Positions 16,520-25,637 are shown, counted from the first letter of the stretch. The stretch: 32,000 nt of DNA from an uncultured Bacteroidota bacterium (GCA_964438815.1 CAYTKW010000007.1:19025-51024); one strand, 5' to 3'. A program made the numbers and translations. The notes: generated by a model not told the origin, from the sequence alone.

Positions 16520-17466
16520 GATTTTTCTGGACAGGGAATTTTAAAAGCTTAAAGCCAATCCGTATTGCAATTTTGCTTTTCATTTTATTTGTTTTTCTGT
16601 TCTGGGTTGGAAATTTTGTTTATTTCGGTTTTGAGTTTGGTTATTCAATTGATAAAATAGGAAATTACTTCTTTGGCGACTCTGAATTTCCCGTAGAAGT
16701 TTCAGTATCGCAGCTTGCTGAAAATTTGCATGTGAATTTATTTGTTTTTTCTCTTTTGTTTTTATGCATTTCCGCTTTGCTTATTTATACAGTTTTTTCA
16801 GAGGAAGTTAAAATTTTCTTGATTTTATCTTTTGCTTTAATAGGATTTTTATATTCAGTTTCTGATTTTTTGGTTTTTTATCTTGGGCGGGATTTTGCTT
16901 TTTTGAAACTTGTTTTATTTTTCATTTTTCAAATTACATTATTCTTGACGACGCTTGCAATTTTATTTAAGGGCTCAAATGGTAAGAGAAACAATGGCTT
17001 TTCAAAGTCTCTTGCGATTATAATTTTTATTTTCGCTTTTATTAATCTTCTCTTTGTCGTTTTTAACATCATTTTATTCGCAAGCAAAATCGGGTTCAAG
17101 GTTTCAGATGTCATTAATTATCATCTTGGCAATCCGCAAAAATTTATAAAACCGAAATCAATTCATGGTCTCATTGAAGTTTCGTATTTTCACTTTTTGC
17201 CAATGGCGTTGTATTTGACAACGATTTCTCATTTTATTTTTCTTGTAAGCGATAAGTTTAATATAGCGATAACTGTTTCTCTTTTTCTGAGCGCTTTGCT
17301 TGATAATATATCTGGTATTTTTATAGTTTTGTTTTGGTCCGGTTTTGCGATTGTTAAGTTATTTTCTTTCTATCTTTTGCAAATTTTACTTTTGCTTTGC
17401 TCTGTAATTTTAATTTATAAATTGCTGGCTTTGAAATTTAACTTCCCCAATCGCGGGCGTATCTGA
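16516..17466 (+). CDS. Integral membrane protein with about 8 TM helices as two 4-TM repeats; function unknown
   Basis: 316 aa. Its ATG overlaps the upstream stop (ATGA). Each half starts with a TM helix, then a loop of the form NY-x2-G-x8/9-S-[VI]-x2-L-x-E followed by a His-bearing helix (NYFFGD...[14 protein letters not shown] and NYHLGN...[15 protein letters not shown]). I recognise no known family by eye. Confidence 0.7.
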   Translation: MRFFWTGNFKSLKPIRIAILLFILFVFLFWVGNFVYFGFEFGYSIDKIGNYFFGDSEFPVEVSVSQLAENLHVNLFVFSLLFLCISALLIYTVFSEEVKIFLILSFALIGFLYSVSDFLVFYLGRDFAFLKLVLFFIFQITLFLTTLAILFKGSNGKRNNGFSKSLAIIIFIFAFINLLFVVFNIILFASKIGFKVSDVINYHLGNPQKFIKPKSIHGLIEVSYFHFLPMALYLTTISHFIFLVSDKFNIAITVSLFLSALLDNISGIFIVLFWSGFAIVKLFSFYLLQILLLLCSVILIYKLLALKFNFPNRGRI

Positions 17467-18277
17467 AATCTATGTTTATGGTTCTATAAGAAATTTTTGC
17501 TATTATTGGCGGTCTTCGTTTAAATTGATTTCTTTGAACCATCATTTTAACCCTTTCAATCAGTTTTTTCTCAAATCCAAGCTCAATTAACTCTTCATCT
17601 GTCTTCCTCTCATCCACCATAAAATAGAGGAGTTTATCGGCAATTTTATATGAAAGCCCAAGTTCATCTTCATCGGTTTGTCCAACCCATAGGTCAGCTG
17701 TTGGCTTTTTGTCAATTATTTTTCTTGGGACGCCAAGCTCTTCAGCAAGTTGCCATACCTGTGTTTTGTAGAGGTCGCCAAGTGGATTTATTGCGCTTGC
17801 CATGTCGCCATAAAGAGTTCCATATCCCAAAAGTAGTTCGGTTTTGTTGCTTGTTCCAATTACCAAGGCTTTTTCCCTTGCCGACAAATCATAAAGTATT
17901 ATCATTCTCATTCTTGCCATTACATTTCCGCGTCGGACATTATCCATATCTGGGAATTTTTCAAAATATGGGTCGCACATCGGGGTGATATCAACAACTT
18001 CGCTTCTAATTCCAAGGTTTGATATCACAAGTTTCGCATCTTCAATGCTATCTGGCGAACTTGTTTTATACGGCATGATAACGCCGAGAACATTTTCCGG
18101 ACCGAGAGATTCAGCTGATAAGTAAGCTGAAACGGCAGAGTCAACGCCACCTGAAACACCGATTACAGCTTTGTTAAGCCCAAACCTTGTCGTTTCTTTT
18201 CTTATAAAATCAACAAGGATTTTTCTAACTATTTTCATATTGAGCTTTAAATCCTTTGCCTTTTCAAGTATTTCCAT
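17438..18277 (-). CDS. nadE: Ammonia-dependent NAD+ synthetase
   Basis: 279 aa. PP-loop [12 protein letters not shown]. Also [34 protein letters not shown] and [17 protein letters not shown]. Confidence 0.93.
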   Translation of the reverse strand: MEILEKAKDLKLNMKIVRKILVDFIRKETTRFGLNKAVIGVSGGVDSAVSAYLSAESLGPENVLGVIMPYKTSSPDSIEDAKLVISNLGIRSEVVDITPMCDPYFEKFPDMDNVRRGNVMARMRMIILYDLSAREKALVIGTSNKTELLLGYGTLYGDMASAINPLGDLYKTQVWQLAEELGVPRKIIDKKPTADLWVGQTDEDELGLSYKIADKLLYFMVDERKTDEELIELGFEKKLIERVKMMVQRNQFKRRPPIIAKISYRTINIDFRYARDWGS

Positions 18278-18300
18278 TTTCCCGATAAATTTTGTTTTTG

Positions 18301-19872
18301 TTAAATTTCAGCTACTTTATCTCTCTTTTTTTGATATCTTCTTCCACACTTTTTGCAAGTTGCTATTCCTCTTGTGAATTTCAATTTTTCTCCACATTCG
18401 CAAATCCATCCTGTAATTTTTGCTGGGACACCAGTGACGATAGCATAGTCAGGAACATTTTTTGTCACTACAGCTCCTGCTCCAACCATAGCCCATTTTC
18501 CAATTGTTATTCCGCATAGTATTGTTGCGTTTGCGCCAATTGTTGCACCTTCTTTGATTAAAGTTGGAATCCATTTCCCACCTTTTGGATATTTTGCGCG
18601 TGGATTTATGTCATTTGTAAAAACTGCCGAAGGACCAACGAACACATAGTCCTCAAGCGTCACAAAGTCATAAACCGAAACATTGTTTTGAAGTTTTACG
18701 CCATTTCCTATAATTGCTCTTGACCCAATGAAACAATTTTGCCCAATTACACAATTTTTCCCTATTTTTGCACCTTTCATTACATGTGAAAAGTGCCAAA
18801 TTTTTGTCCCTTCTCCAATCTCGCACGGTTCATCAATGATTGCAGTTTCGTGAGCGTAAAAGTTTCTGTCCATTTTTAAAGGTAAACCACCCATTTTGAT
18901 AGATTGATTTACTGTTTCAATAATTTTGAGAACGCGCAAAGCTTCGTTTCCGTCGGTAAGCGGGTTAGTTCTATTTTTAACACATTCAATAAAATGTAAA
19001 CATGCGTTTTTTAATGGCTCATCATCAGCGATATCAACAACTTCTGCTTCTGCTTTTTGCGCAATGGGAATATCACCGAGCCATTTAACTTTGTGTGGAT
19101 AGAGTATGAGTTTATTTTTTGGCTCCGTGTCATTAAAAACTGCCATTTTTTCGTTTCCAATCACAACCAGTTTTTGTTCCTTGAAAGGATGAAGCCAGCT
19201 TACGAAAATATGGGCACGTATTTTATTTTTAAATTCAAGATGCGTCAAAGTTACATCGCATGGAATTTTTGAACTTTCGTTTGGATTATCCGCAAATAGA
19301 TAATTTTCGCCGACGCATGAAACTTTTTCTGGCATTTCTCCAACGATTGAAAGTATAAGCGAGACATCATGTGGGGCAAAGCTCCAAAGTATATTTTCTT
19401 CTTTTCTAAATCTTCCAAAGTTTAACCTATTTGAATAAATGTATTTGAGTTCACCAAGCGCGCCCGAACGAATTAACTCTTTTAACTTAACAATTGCAGG
19501 ATGATAGTGCAAAACATGGTCAACCATTAAAATTAAATTTTTCTCTTGGGCAATTTTGATAAGTTCAATAGCATTTTCAACATTTAAAGTTAACGGTTTT
19601 TCAACAAGGATATCTCTACCGGAGAGCAAAAATTTTCGGGCTAATTCAAAATGTGTTTCAGATGGTGTTGCAATTGCGACTGCTTTTATATCTGGATCTT
19701 TAAGCACATCATCAATTGAATCGGTATAATTTGTTGAAAATTGATTTTTCAGTTCTTCAAAGTTTGTTCTATTAATGTCGCATACTGTTTTTAAAACTCC
19801 AAGTTTATAAAAATTTCTAACAAGGTTTTTCCCCCAATTGCCCGAGCCAATCACAGCTATGAATTTTTCCAT
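18301..19872 (-). CDS. Fusion protein: Gfo/Idh/MocA NAD-dependent sugar oxidoreductase (WbpB/WlbA-like) + left-handed beta-helix N-acetyltransferase (WbpD/WlbB-like) + C-terminal 4-Cys ribbon
   Basis: N-terminal part: Rossmann [12 protein letters not shown] and EKPL. C-terminal part from about aa 335: hexapeptide repeats [32 protein letters not shown] and [40 protein letters not shown]. Tail [24 protein letters not shown] prefer ATG 19872 (MEKFIAV...) over the track's TTG at 19881. Confidence 0.82.
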   Translation of the reverse strand: MEKFIAVIGSGNWGKNLVRNFYKLGVLKTVCDINRTNFEELKNQFSTNYTDSIDDVLKDPDIKAVAIATPSETHFELARKFLLSGRDILVEKPLTLNVENAIELIKIAQEKNLILMVDHVLHYHPAIVKLKELIRSGALGELKYIYSNRLNFGRFRKEENILWSFAPHDVSLILSIVGEMPEKVSCVGENYLFADNPNESSKIPCDVTLTHLEFKNKIRAHIFVSWLHPFKEQKLVVIGNEKMAVFNDTEPKNKLILYPHKVKWLGDIPIAQKAEAEVVDIADDEPLKNACLHFIECVKNRTNPLTDGNEALRVLKIIETVNQSIKMGGLPLKMDRNFYAHETAIIDEPCEIGEGTKIWHFSHVMKGAKIGKNCVIGQNCFIGSRAIIGNGVKLQNNVSVYDFVTLEDYVFVGPSAVFTNDINPRAKYPKGGKWIPTLIKEGATIGANATILCGITIGKWAMVGAGAVVTKNVPDYAIVTGVPAKITGWICECGEKLKFTRGIATCKKCGRRYQKKRDKVAEI

Positions 19873-19873
19873 T

Positions 19874-22237
19874 TCATTCAAAAAGTTTATTAAAAAATAA
19901 TTTTTTAATCATCGCTCTTACAAAGTCATCTGAAAAGCCAAAAAATGATGGAACAGTATAAAATTTGACCTTGTATTCGTCCTTTATCTTTGCTTTATCC
20001 CTTGCAAATTCAATCGCTTTTGCCAATCCACCAAGCTCGTCAATTAATTTTAACTCTAAAGCTTTTGTTCCTGTGTAAACTTTTCCCTGCGCAAGTTCTT
20101 CAACCTCATCAAGTGTCATGTTTCTGTTTTCAGCTACTTTTTCCTTAAATCCAATGTAGGTGTATTGAAGCGCGGTTTCAATCCCTTTTCTTTCAGCTTC
20201 TGTCCAGTGTCTTGTTATTGAGAACATATCCGTATGCTCACCCTTTTTGTATTGTTCAATTTTTATTCTTAGGTTTTCATAAAGTTTTTCAAGCACAGGT
20301 TTTGAATAGACAACGCCGATGCTTCCAGTTAAAGTCGCAGGATTTGCGAAAATTTTATCAGAGCTACATGCTACATAATAACCTCCACTTGCTGCGACAT
20401 TTCCGAACGATACCACAACAGGTTTCTTTTTTCTTGCTTCTTTAAGAGCTGAATAGATTTCATTTGACGCAAATGCGGAACCACCTCCGCTGTTAACTCT
20501 TAAAACTATAGCTTTTACACTTTTATCTTTGACGGCTGCGTTAATTTGGTTTACAATAGTTTCAGATCCTGTGACCCTTTCGCCAAAAAATGGATCTGGT
20601 GGTAGACTTCTTCCAGCCATGATTGTGCCATGAACTCCGATGACAGCAATTTTTGGAATTAACCCCCATGTTGTGCTCCAATATTTCCTCTTACTCAAAT
20701 CAGTTGTTTTTATTTTCTTGTCTTCTCTGTTATTTGCGAGCTTGTTTATGATTTTTTTCGCATCATCATAAGTTCCAATTTCATCAACTATTCCAAATTC
20801 CTTCGCTCGCGGTGGAATTAATCCACCCGATATTTCATCAATAAGCTCATCTGTGAAGTTTACATTTCTTGATTTTGCTACTTGCTCAATCATTTGCCGA
20901 TGTATCTCATTAACGAGACCCTTTATCAACTGCGCTTGTTCTGGTGTTGCTGAATCGGTGTAGGTTGAGTGAAAGGTTGACTTAAATTTTCCAGCCGTCA
21001 TCGCATCCCATTCAACACCGAACTTTTCAAAAAAGCTTTTCAACCTCATGACATCAATTAAAGCTCCATAGCCGACAATTAAGCATAGTGGCGATATTAC
21101 AATTTTATCCGCTACGCTGGCAAGGTAAATTTCATTAATCCCTGCCATTTCACCATAAAGATAGGCGACGACAGGTTTTCCTGATTTTTTAACTTTCATA
21201 ACCGCATCAACAAGCTCTTGCGTTAATCCTTCAAGCTCATAAAGTTTAACTTCACCTGTAAACGGTTGGATTTTGAGCAAAAGCCCGTTTATGTCCTTGT
21301 CGTTTGCTGCTTTTTCAATTTCGCTTACGATATCATGTATGCTTTTTCTCGGTTTTGCAAAAAGTGAAGCTTGCTCTTTATAATCTGGTATTACATCACG
21401 AATTTCAACCTCGGCGATTTTCTTATTCGGATATGCAAAAGTTTTCATAACTTCGCTGGAGTAAAAAGTTGCAACTGTTGTCTTCGTATTTGACTTTTCA
21501 AAATCTGTGAAGAATTTAAGCCCGTTATTTTGAAGGTTAACAGATAGACCAAAAATATATGCACTTTTTCCCGAAAAAATTTTTGAATTGTCAACTATTG
21601 CTTGAAGGTTAATGCCGTTTATTATTTTTAATTCAGCACCGTATTTAAAGTTTTTAACTTTTTGTTTTTCTTTTATGAATAAATCAGCTGATATAGTCAA
21701 AATGTCATTTCCAAACGGGCGAAGACCCATGCCAACAATATACTTTTTTCCAAAATTTGTATTTTCAAAATACCTGCCCGTTAGGTTTTGAGCTACTATT
21801 GAAAGTGAAACAAAGTTAAATGGTCTTGATATAAGTCCAAAGTTTATTGATGGTCTAAATTTTTCATCGTTTATTCTTAAGCAATCAATTCCAAGTCCAA
21901 TAGCAAAATCTTCGCTTCCAAAGCCAGTTGAAGCTGAAATTAAAGTTGAATTTTCATTTTGTGTTTTAGTTCTATTTAACCCAAAACCAAGGCGCATAAT
22001 TTGGAGGAAAAATCCGGCATCATAGTTTTTAAGTGAGAATTTTTCGCGTGTATGAAAGTAAAGTAGGGAGTTTATCTTGTGCGCAAAACCTATATTTGCT
22101 GGGTTGAGCCTCAAGCCTTTTGCACCGTCTGAATTTGCTGTAAAGAGATAGTTTTCAAATTTTGGCGGTTTAATATCTTGGGCTTGGATTCGGAGGCTCA
22201 AAAGCAGGAGGAAGAAAAACGTTGATAGTTTCTTCAT
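19874..22237 (-). CDS. sppA: Signal peptide peptidase SppA, 67K (two-domain S49) type, with a ~270-aa N-terminal beta-rich extension
   Basis: 787 aa. Two ClpP/crotonase-like S49 repeats. The general-base Lys region is TAGKFKSTFHS. The nucleophile Ser region is FGNVAASGGYYVACSSD. The N-terminus has a cleavable-looking signal peptide (LSLRIQAQD) followed by alternating-hydrophobicity strands. Confidence 0.88.
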   Translation of the reverse strand: MKKLSTFFFLLLLSLRIQAQDIKPPKFENYLFTANSDGAKGLRLNPANIGFAHKINSLLYFHTREKFSLKNYDAGFFLQIMRLGFGLNRTKTQNENSTLISASTGFGSEDFAIGLGIDCLRINDEKFRPSINFGLISRPFNFVSLSIVAQNLTGRYFENTNFGKKYIVGMGLRPFGNDILTISADLFIKEKQKVKNFKYGAELKIINGINLQAIVDNSKIFSGKSAYIFGLSVNLQNNGLKFFTDFEKSNTKTTVATFYSSEVMKTFAYPNKKIAEVEIRDVIPDYKEQASLFAKPRKSIHDIVSEIEKAANDKDINGLLLKIQPFTGEVKLYELEGLTQELVDAVMKVKKSGKPVVAYLYGEMAGINEIYLASVADKIVISPLCLIVGYGALIDVMRLKSFFEKFGVEWDAMTAGKFKSTFHSTYTDSATPEQAQLIKGLVNEIHRQMIEQVAKSRNVNFTDELIDEISGGLIPPRAKEFGIVDEIGTYDDAKKIINKLANNREDKKIKTTDLSKRKYWSTTWGLIPKIAVIGVHGTIMAGRSLPPDPFFGERVTGSETIVNQINAAVKDKSVKAIVLRVNSGGGSAFASNEIYSALKEARKKKPVVVSFGNVAASGGYYVACSSDKIFANPATLTGSIGVVYSKPVLEKLYENLRIKIEQYKKGEHTDMFSITRHWTEAERKGIETALQYTYIGFKEKVAENRNMTLDEVEELAQGKVYTGTKALELKLIDELGGLAKAIEFARDKAKIKDEYKVKFYTVPSFFGFSDDFVRAMIKKLFFNKLFE

Positions 22238-22431
22238 TGCTTTACCAAATTTTGTTTATAGCTAACAAAAATAAAATTAATCAAAGTTGGTTGAAAGTTC
22301 AATTTTTAGATTTTTTGTTCTTTTGAATTTTGGGTGAATTGGTGTATATTGGTTGAGAAGCTATCGTTCAAAATTCGGGAGAATCGGTTTTTGAAAAGGA
22401 TCAAAAAGTTGAAACAAAAAATGCAAATCAT

Positions 22432-22827
22432 ATGCAGGATAGAAAGTTAAAATACGGAGAAGAGGCGATTTTAAACGCACAGCTTGAAACTTGGGAGAAT
22501 CCTTACCCGGATAGAAATTACAAAATTGAGATAACATTCCCAGAGTTTACTTGTCTTTGCCCAAGGTCGGGTTATCCTGATTTTGCGACGATAAGGATAA
22601 CATACATACCAGACAAATACATAGTTGAGCTTCGCTCCCTTAAGCTTTATCTTAATAAGTTTAGAAATGAGTATATCTCACACGAAGCAGCGACAAATAA
22701 AATTTACGATGACCTTGAAAAACTTCTCAAACCGAGATTTCTTGAAGTCATCGGGGACTGGAATCCGAGAGGAAATGTTAAGACAATCATAACTGTCTCT
22801 TCAAAAGATAAACAGACTGTTGAGTAA
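22432..22827 (+). CDS. queF: NADPH-dependent 7-cyano-7-deazaguanine (preQ0) reductase, unimodular type
   Basis: 131 aa. Catalytic Cys context [20 protein letters not shown]. QueF motif [21 protein letters not shown]. Confidence 0.94.
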   Translation: MQDRKLKYGEEAILNAQLETWENPYPDRNYKIEITFPEFTCLCPRSGYPDFATIRITYIPDKYIVELRSLKLYLNKFRNEYISHEAATNKIYDDLEKLLKPRFLEVIGDWNPRGNVKTIITVSSKDKQTVE

Positions 22828-22966
22828 CTTTTTAGTTTGAATAAAAAATAACACAGGCATAAAGAGGCTGTGTCATCAGAATTTATTTGCGTGACAAGTT
22901 AAATCAAAATGCTAATTACGACACAGCCACATAAAGCCTGCGTTAACATTTTGGTTGTTTTAAAAG

Positions 22967-24259
22967 TTAAAACGGTGTCCTTCCTCTGAACTGGAATGGT
23001 TGTTGTGAAGTTGCGGGATTATTTGCTGTTGTGAATATATAACCTGTTATAACTTCATCTCCTTCTTTTAGATTTCCACCAATAACCTCAGTATAATTTC
23101 CATCGGTTATGCCCAATCTTACAAAGGTTGGTTTCGGATTTTTATTTTCGTCAAGTATCCAAATAATTGCTCTATTTGTTCCTTGTCCAAATGATTCTCT
23201 TCGCGGAAATTCAAATCCTTCACGTGGTCCTGGGGCTTGAGTTCCTTCTTGTTGTCTTCTTCTCATAAATTCTTCGCGTCTTTTTTGTATTTCCTCCATC
23301 GCCTTTGCAAATCGTTTATCTTGTGGGTCTGGTTTAAATCTTAACGCTTGGTTTGGAATCCGTAAGACATTTTCTCTTTTGTCAATTAAAATTTTGACAT
23401 TTGCAGTCATACCGGGTCTAAGTTTGAGGTCCTTGTTTTCAACATCAATTATTACTGTATAGTTTATGACATTTTGCACGTTTATCGGTTGAAGACGAAC
23501 TTGCACAACTTTTCCAATGAAAGTTTCGTCGGGATATGCATCAACTGTGAAAAACACCGTTTGTCCGGGTTTAACTTTCCCTATGTCAGCTTCGTCAACA
23601 TTTGCTTCAACTCTCATTTTTCTAAGGTCATTTGCTATGGTGAAAAGTGTTGGTGCTTGCAGACTTGCTGCAACTGTTTGTCCAACATCAACATTTCTTG
23701 ATATAACAATTCCATCAATTGGGGAGTAAATGGTTGAATATTTAAGGTTGACTTTTGCTCTTTCAAGTTGGGCTTCTGCGGATTTAAGCTGTGCAAGTGC
23801 AGTTTCGTAATTTGTCAATGCTTGGTCATAATCAGCCTGTGAAACAAGATTTTTCGCGTAAAGTTCTTTTATTCTATTTAAATCGCGACTTGCTTGATTT
23901 ACTTGTGCTCTTGCTCTTTCAACTTGGGCTTCTACGTCTTTGACTTGAGCTGCAAGGAATGTTGAATCAATTTGCGCTATTACTTGTCCTTTCTTCACAA
24001 TATCGTTAAAATCAACATAAATTTTCGCTATCGTCCCGGATACCTGCGTTCCAACTTGAACAAGCGTGACTGGATTTAACGTCCCTGTTGTTGTGACATA
24101 GACCTCAATATCTCCAACATCAGCTTTCGCAGTTTTTATTTGGAGGGTCTTGGAGTTCTTGTTGTTAAGATAAAAGGCGACCGCCAAGCCTGATATAGTT
24201 AAAATTACCGCTATTATTAGAAAGCGAGTCAGTTTTCTTCTCATTTTATCTTCTTCCAT
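22967..24259 (-). CDS. Efflux-pump periplasmic adaptor (membrane fusion protein, HlyD/MacA-like)
   Basis: 430 aa. N-terminal anchor FLIIAVILTISGLAVAF. Lipoyl/beta-barrel segments GTLNPVTLVQVGTQVSGTI and YSPIDGIVISRNVDVGQTV. Long alpha-hairpin AQVKDVEAQVERARAQV...AEAQLERAKVNL. The alternative start ATG 24244 would remove the 14-bp overlap with the upstream gene. Confidence 0.88.
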   Translation of the reverse strand: MEEDKMRRKLTRFLIIAVILTISGLAVAFYLNNKNSKTLQIKTAKADVGDIEVYVTTTGTLNPVTLVQVGTQVSGTIAKIYVDFNDIVKKGQVIAQIDSTFLAAQVKDVEAQVERARAQVNQASRDLNRIKELYAKNLVSQADYDQALTNYETALAQLKSAEAQLERAKVNLKYSTIYSPIDGIVISRNVDVGQTVAASLQAPTLFTIANDLRKMRVEANVDEADIGKVKPGQTVFFTVDAYPDETFIGKVVQVRLQPINVQNVINYTVIIDVENKDLKLRPGMTANVKILIDKRENVLRIPNQALRFKPDPQDKRFAKAMEEIQKRREEFMRRRQQEGTQAPGPREGFEFPRRESFGQGTNRAIIWILDENKNPKPTFVRLGITDGNYTEVIGGNLKEGDEVITGYIFTTANNPATSQQPFQFRGRTPF

Positions 24260-24596
24260 TTTTTTCTTTTACCATTCTTTCAAACTCTTTCAATTGCTCT
24301 GGTGTGAGAATTGACCTTATTGAATCATAAAGTGCACTTTTTAATGAATCAAACTTCGGGCGAAATTCCTTACTTAAGTTTTTAAATTCTCTCTGCGACC
24401 AGCTTAAAATTGAATCAAGCCTTGTCTGTTGTGTTTTATCAAGATTCAATCTCTTGATGAGCTCTTTTTTATAACTTCTTTCTTTTTTCGGGTGATATAA
24501 CTTCAATAGAGCTACTCTGTCAAGCGCTATTCCAAGGATTAAACCAATTAAAATGCAACCAATTATTAGGAGTACCGCTTTAGTTTTACTGTTCAT
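24246..24596 (-). CDS. Periplasmic LTXXQ-motif (Spy/CpxP-like, 'heavy-metal sensor' family) protein with N-terminal anchor
   Basis: 116 aa with one N-terminal hydrophobic helix. Repeated motif LDKTQQTRL and LTPEQLKEF. Overlaps the anti-sigma gene by 4 bp. Confidence 0.7.
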   Translation of the reverse strand: MNSKTKAVLLIIGCILIGLILGIALDRVALLKLYHPKKERSYKKELIKRLNLDKTQQTRLDSILSWSQREFKNLSKEFRPKFDSLKSALYDSIRSILTPEQLKEFERMVKEKNGRR

Positions 24597-25045
24597 TTCT
24601 TTTCTCCATTTGATAGTGTTAATTCAAGAACTTCATCTTTCGTTGGACTGTCGCTTGATGAGATAACTTTTTGAACTGATAGCATCTCGCTTAAAATCAC
24701 TTCATCAATTTTCAAAGAAGTTTTGCTTGACATCACTTCTATGCCAATTAAAATAAAAAGCAATAAAACCAACGCAAATACAATTTTGTGCGCTAAACCC
24801 GCCACATAAGCCCAGAATTCAGCTTTACTTCTCACTTCACTTAACTGCGCTTGTATTCGGGTGAAAAGATATGGCGAAACCTCAATTGTATTTTCTTTAA
24901 GTGATTCTCTTACCAATTCATGAACTTTTACAAGATATGAACATTCTTCGCATGATTTCAGATGTTCTTCAACAAGTGCGATGTTGTTTTTTAATTCGCC
25001 GTCAATATATTCGGAGACGAGTTTTTTTATTTTGCTGTGTCTCAT
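24593..25045 (-). CDS. Anti-sigma factor (zf-HC2 type), single-pass membrane protein
   Basis: 150 aa. N-terminal H-x3-C-x2-C motif (HLKSCEEC). One TM helix, IVFALVLLLFILIGIEVM. 4-bp overlap with the ECF sigma gene. Confidence 0.78.
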   Translation of the reverse strand: MRHSKIKKLVSEYIDGELKNNIALVEEHLKSCEECSYLVKVHELVRESLKENTIEVSPYLFTRIQAQLSEVRSKAEFWAYVAGLAHKIVFALVLLLFILIGIEVMSSKTSLKIDEVILSEMLSVQKVISSSDSPTKDEVLELTLSNGEKK

Positions 25046-25623
25046 TTTAAAATTCCTCTATATTCTTTTAGATACTCTGCGAGAAGTTTTCTTGCTCTAA
25101 AAATTCTTGATTTCACAGTTCCAATACTTATTTTCAAAATTTTCGCTATCTCTTCGTATGGTAAATCTTCAAAGTCTCGCAAAATTATTACGGTTTTATA
25201 TTCAGGCGGAAGCTTGGACATCGCCTTTTCAATTATTTCTCTCATTTCACTTCGTTCAACATTTTTTTCAACCGGCGAATAAGAAGGTTCAGCTTTTGGA
25301 TTTTGGCTCAAGACATCAAATAGGGAGTAAGCCCTTGAGCGTTGTCTTTTCCTTATTTCATCAATACAGATGTTCACGGTTATTCTATAAATCCAAGTGT
25401 AAGGAGCTGAACTAAATTTGTATTCTTTTAAAGACTCAAAAACTCTCAAAAAAACCTCCTGCGTTAAATCTTCAACTATATCTGAATCGCCGATAATTTT
25501 AAAAATTAAGTTAGCAACCCTATTCTGATACTTTTTTACTATTACCTCAAATGCCTTCTTATCTCCATCCTTTGCTTTTTTGACGATTTCAACCTCGTCA
25601 AATGTTTCATTTTGTTGCTTCAT
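25042..25623 (-). CDS. ECF-type RNA polymerase sigma-70 family factor
   Basis: 193 aa. Region 2: DLTQEVFLRVFESL and YTWIYRITVNICIDEIRKR. Region 4 helix-turn-helix: LPYEEIAKILKISIGTVKSRIFRARKLL. Confidence 0.92.
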   Translation of the reverse strand: MKQQNETFDEVEIVKKAKDGDKKAFEVIVKKYQNRVANLIFKIIGDSDIVEDLTQEVFLRVFESLKEYKFSSAPYTWIYRITVNICIDEIRKRQRSRAYSLFDVLSQNPKAEPSYSPVEKNVERSEMREIIEKAMSKLPPEYKTVIILRDFEDLPYEEIAKILKISIGTVKSRIFRARKLLAEYLKEYRGILK

Positions 25624-25637
25624 ATTTCTGAAATTAT

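Noticed and set aside
15995-19881. TTG start codons used by the ORF track for the FMN_bind gene (15995) and the oxidoreductase-acetyltransferase fusion (19881).
   Set aside because: In-frame ATG codons lie 2 and 3 codons downstream (16001 and 19872). These give more typical N-termini and, for the fusion gene, remove the overlap with sppA. The difference is minor and unverified.
22238-22431. Possible preQ1 riboswitch or other leader structure upstream of queF.
   Set aside because: I found no preQ1-I/II-like core (no short hairpin followed by an A-rich tail with the conserved CUA/ACCC-type elements). There are only weak palindromes such as TTGAAAGTTCAA. queF is also not a typical riboswitch target.
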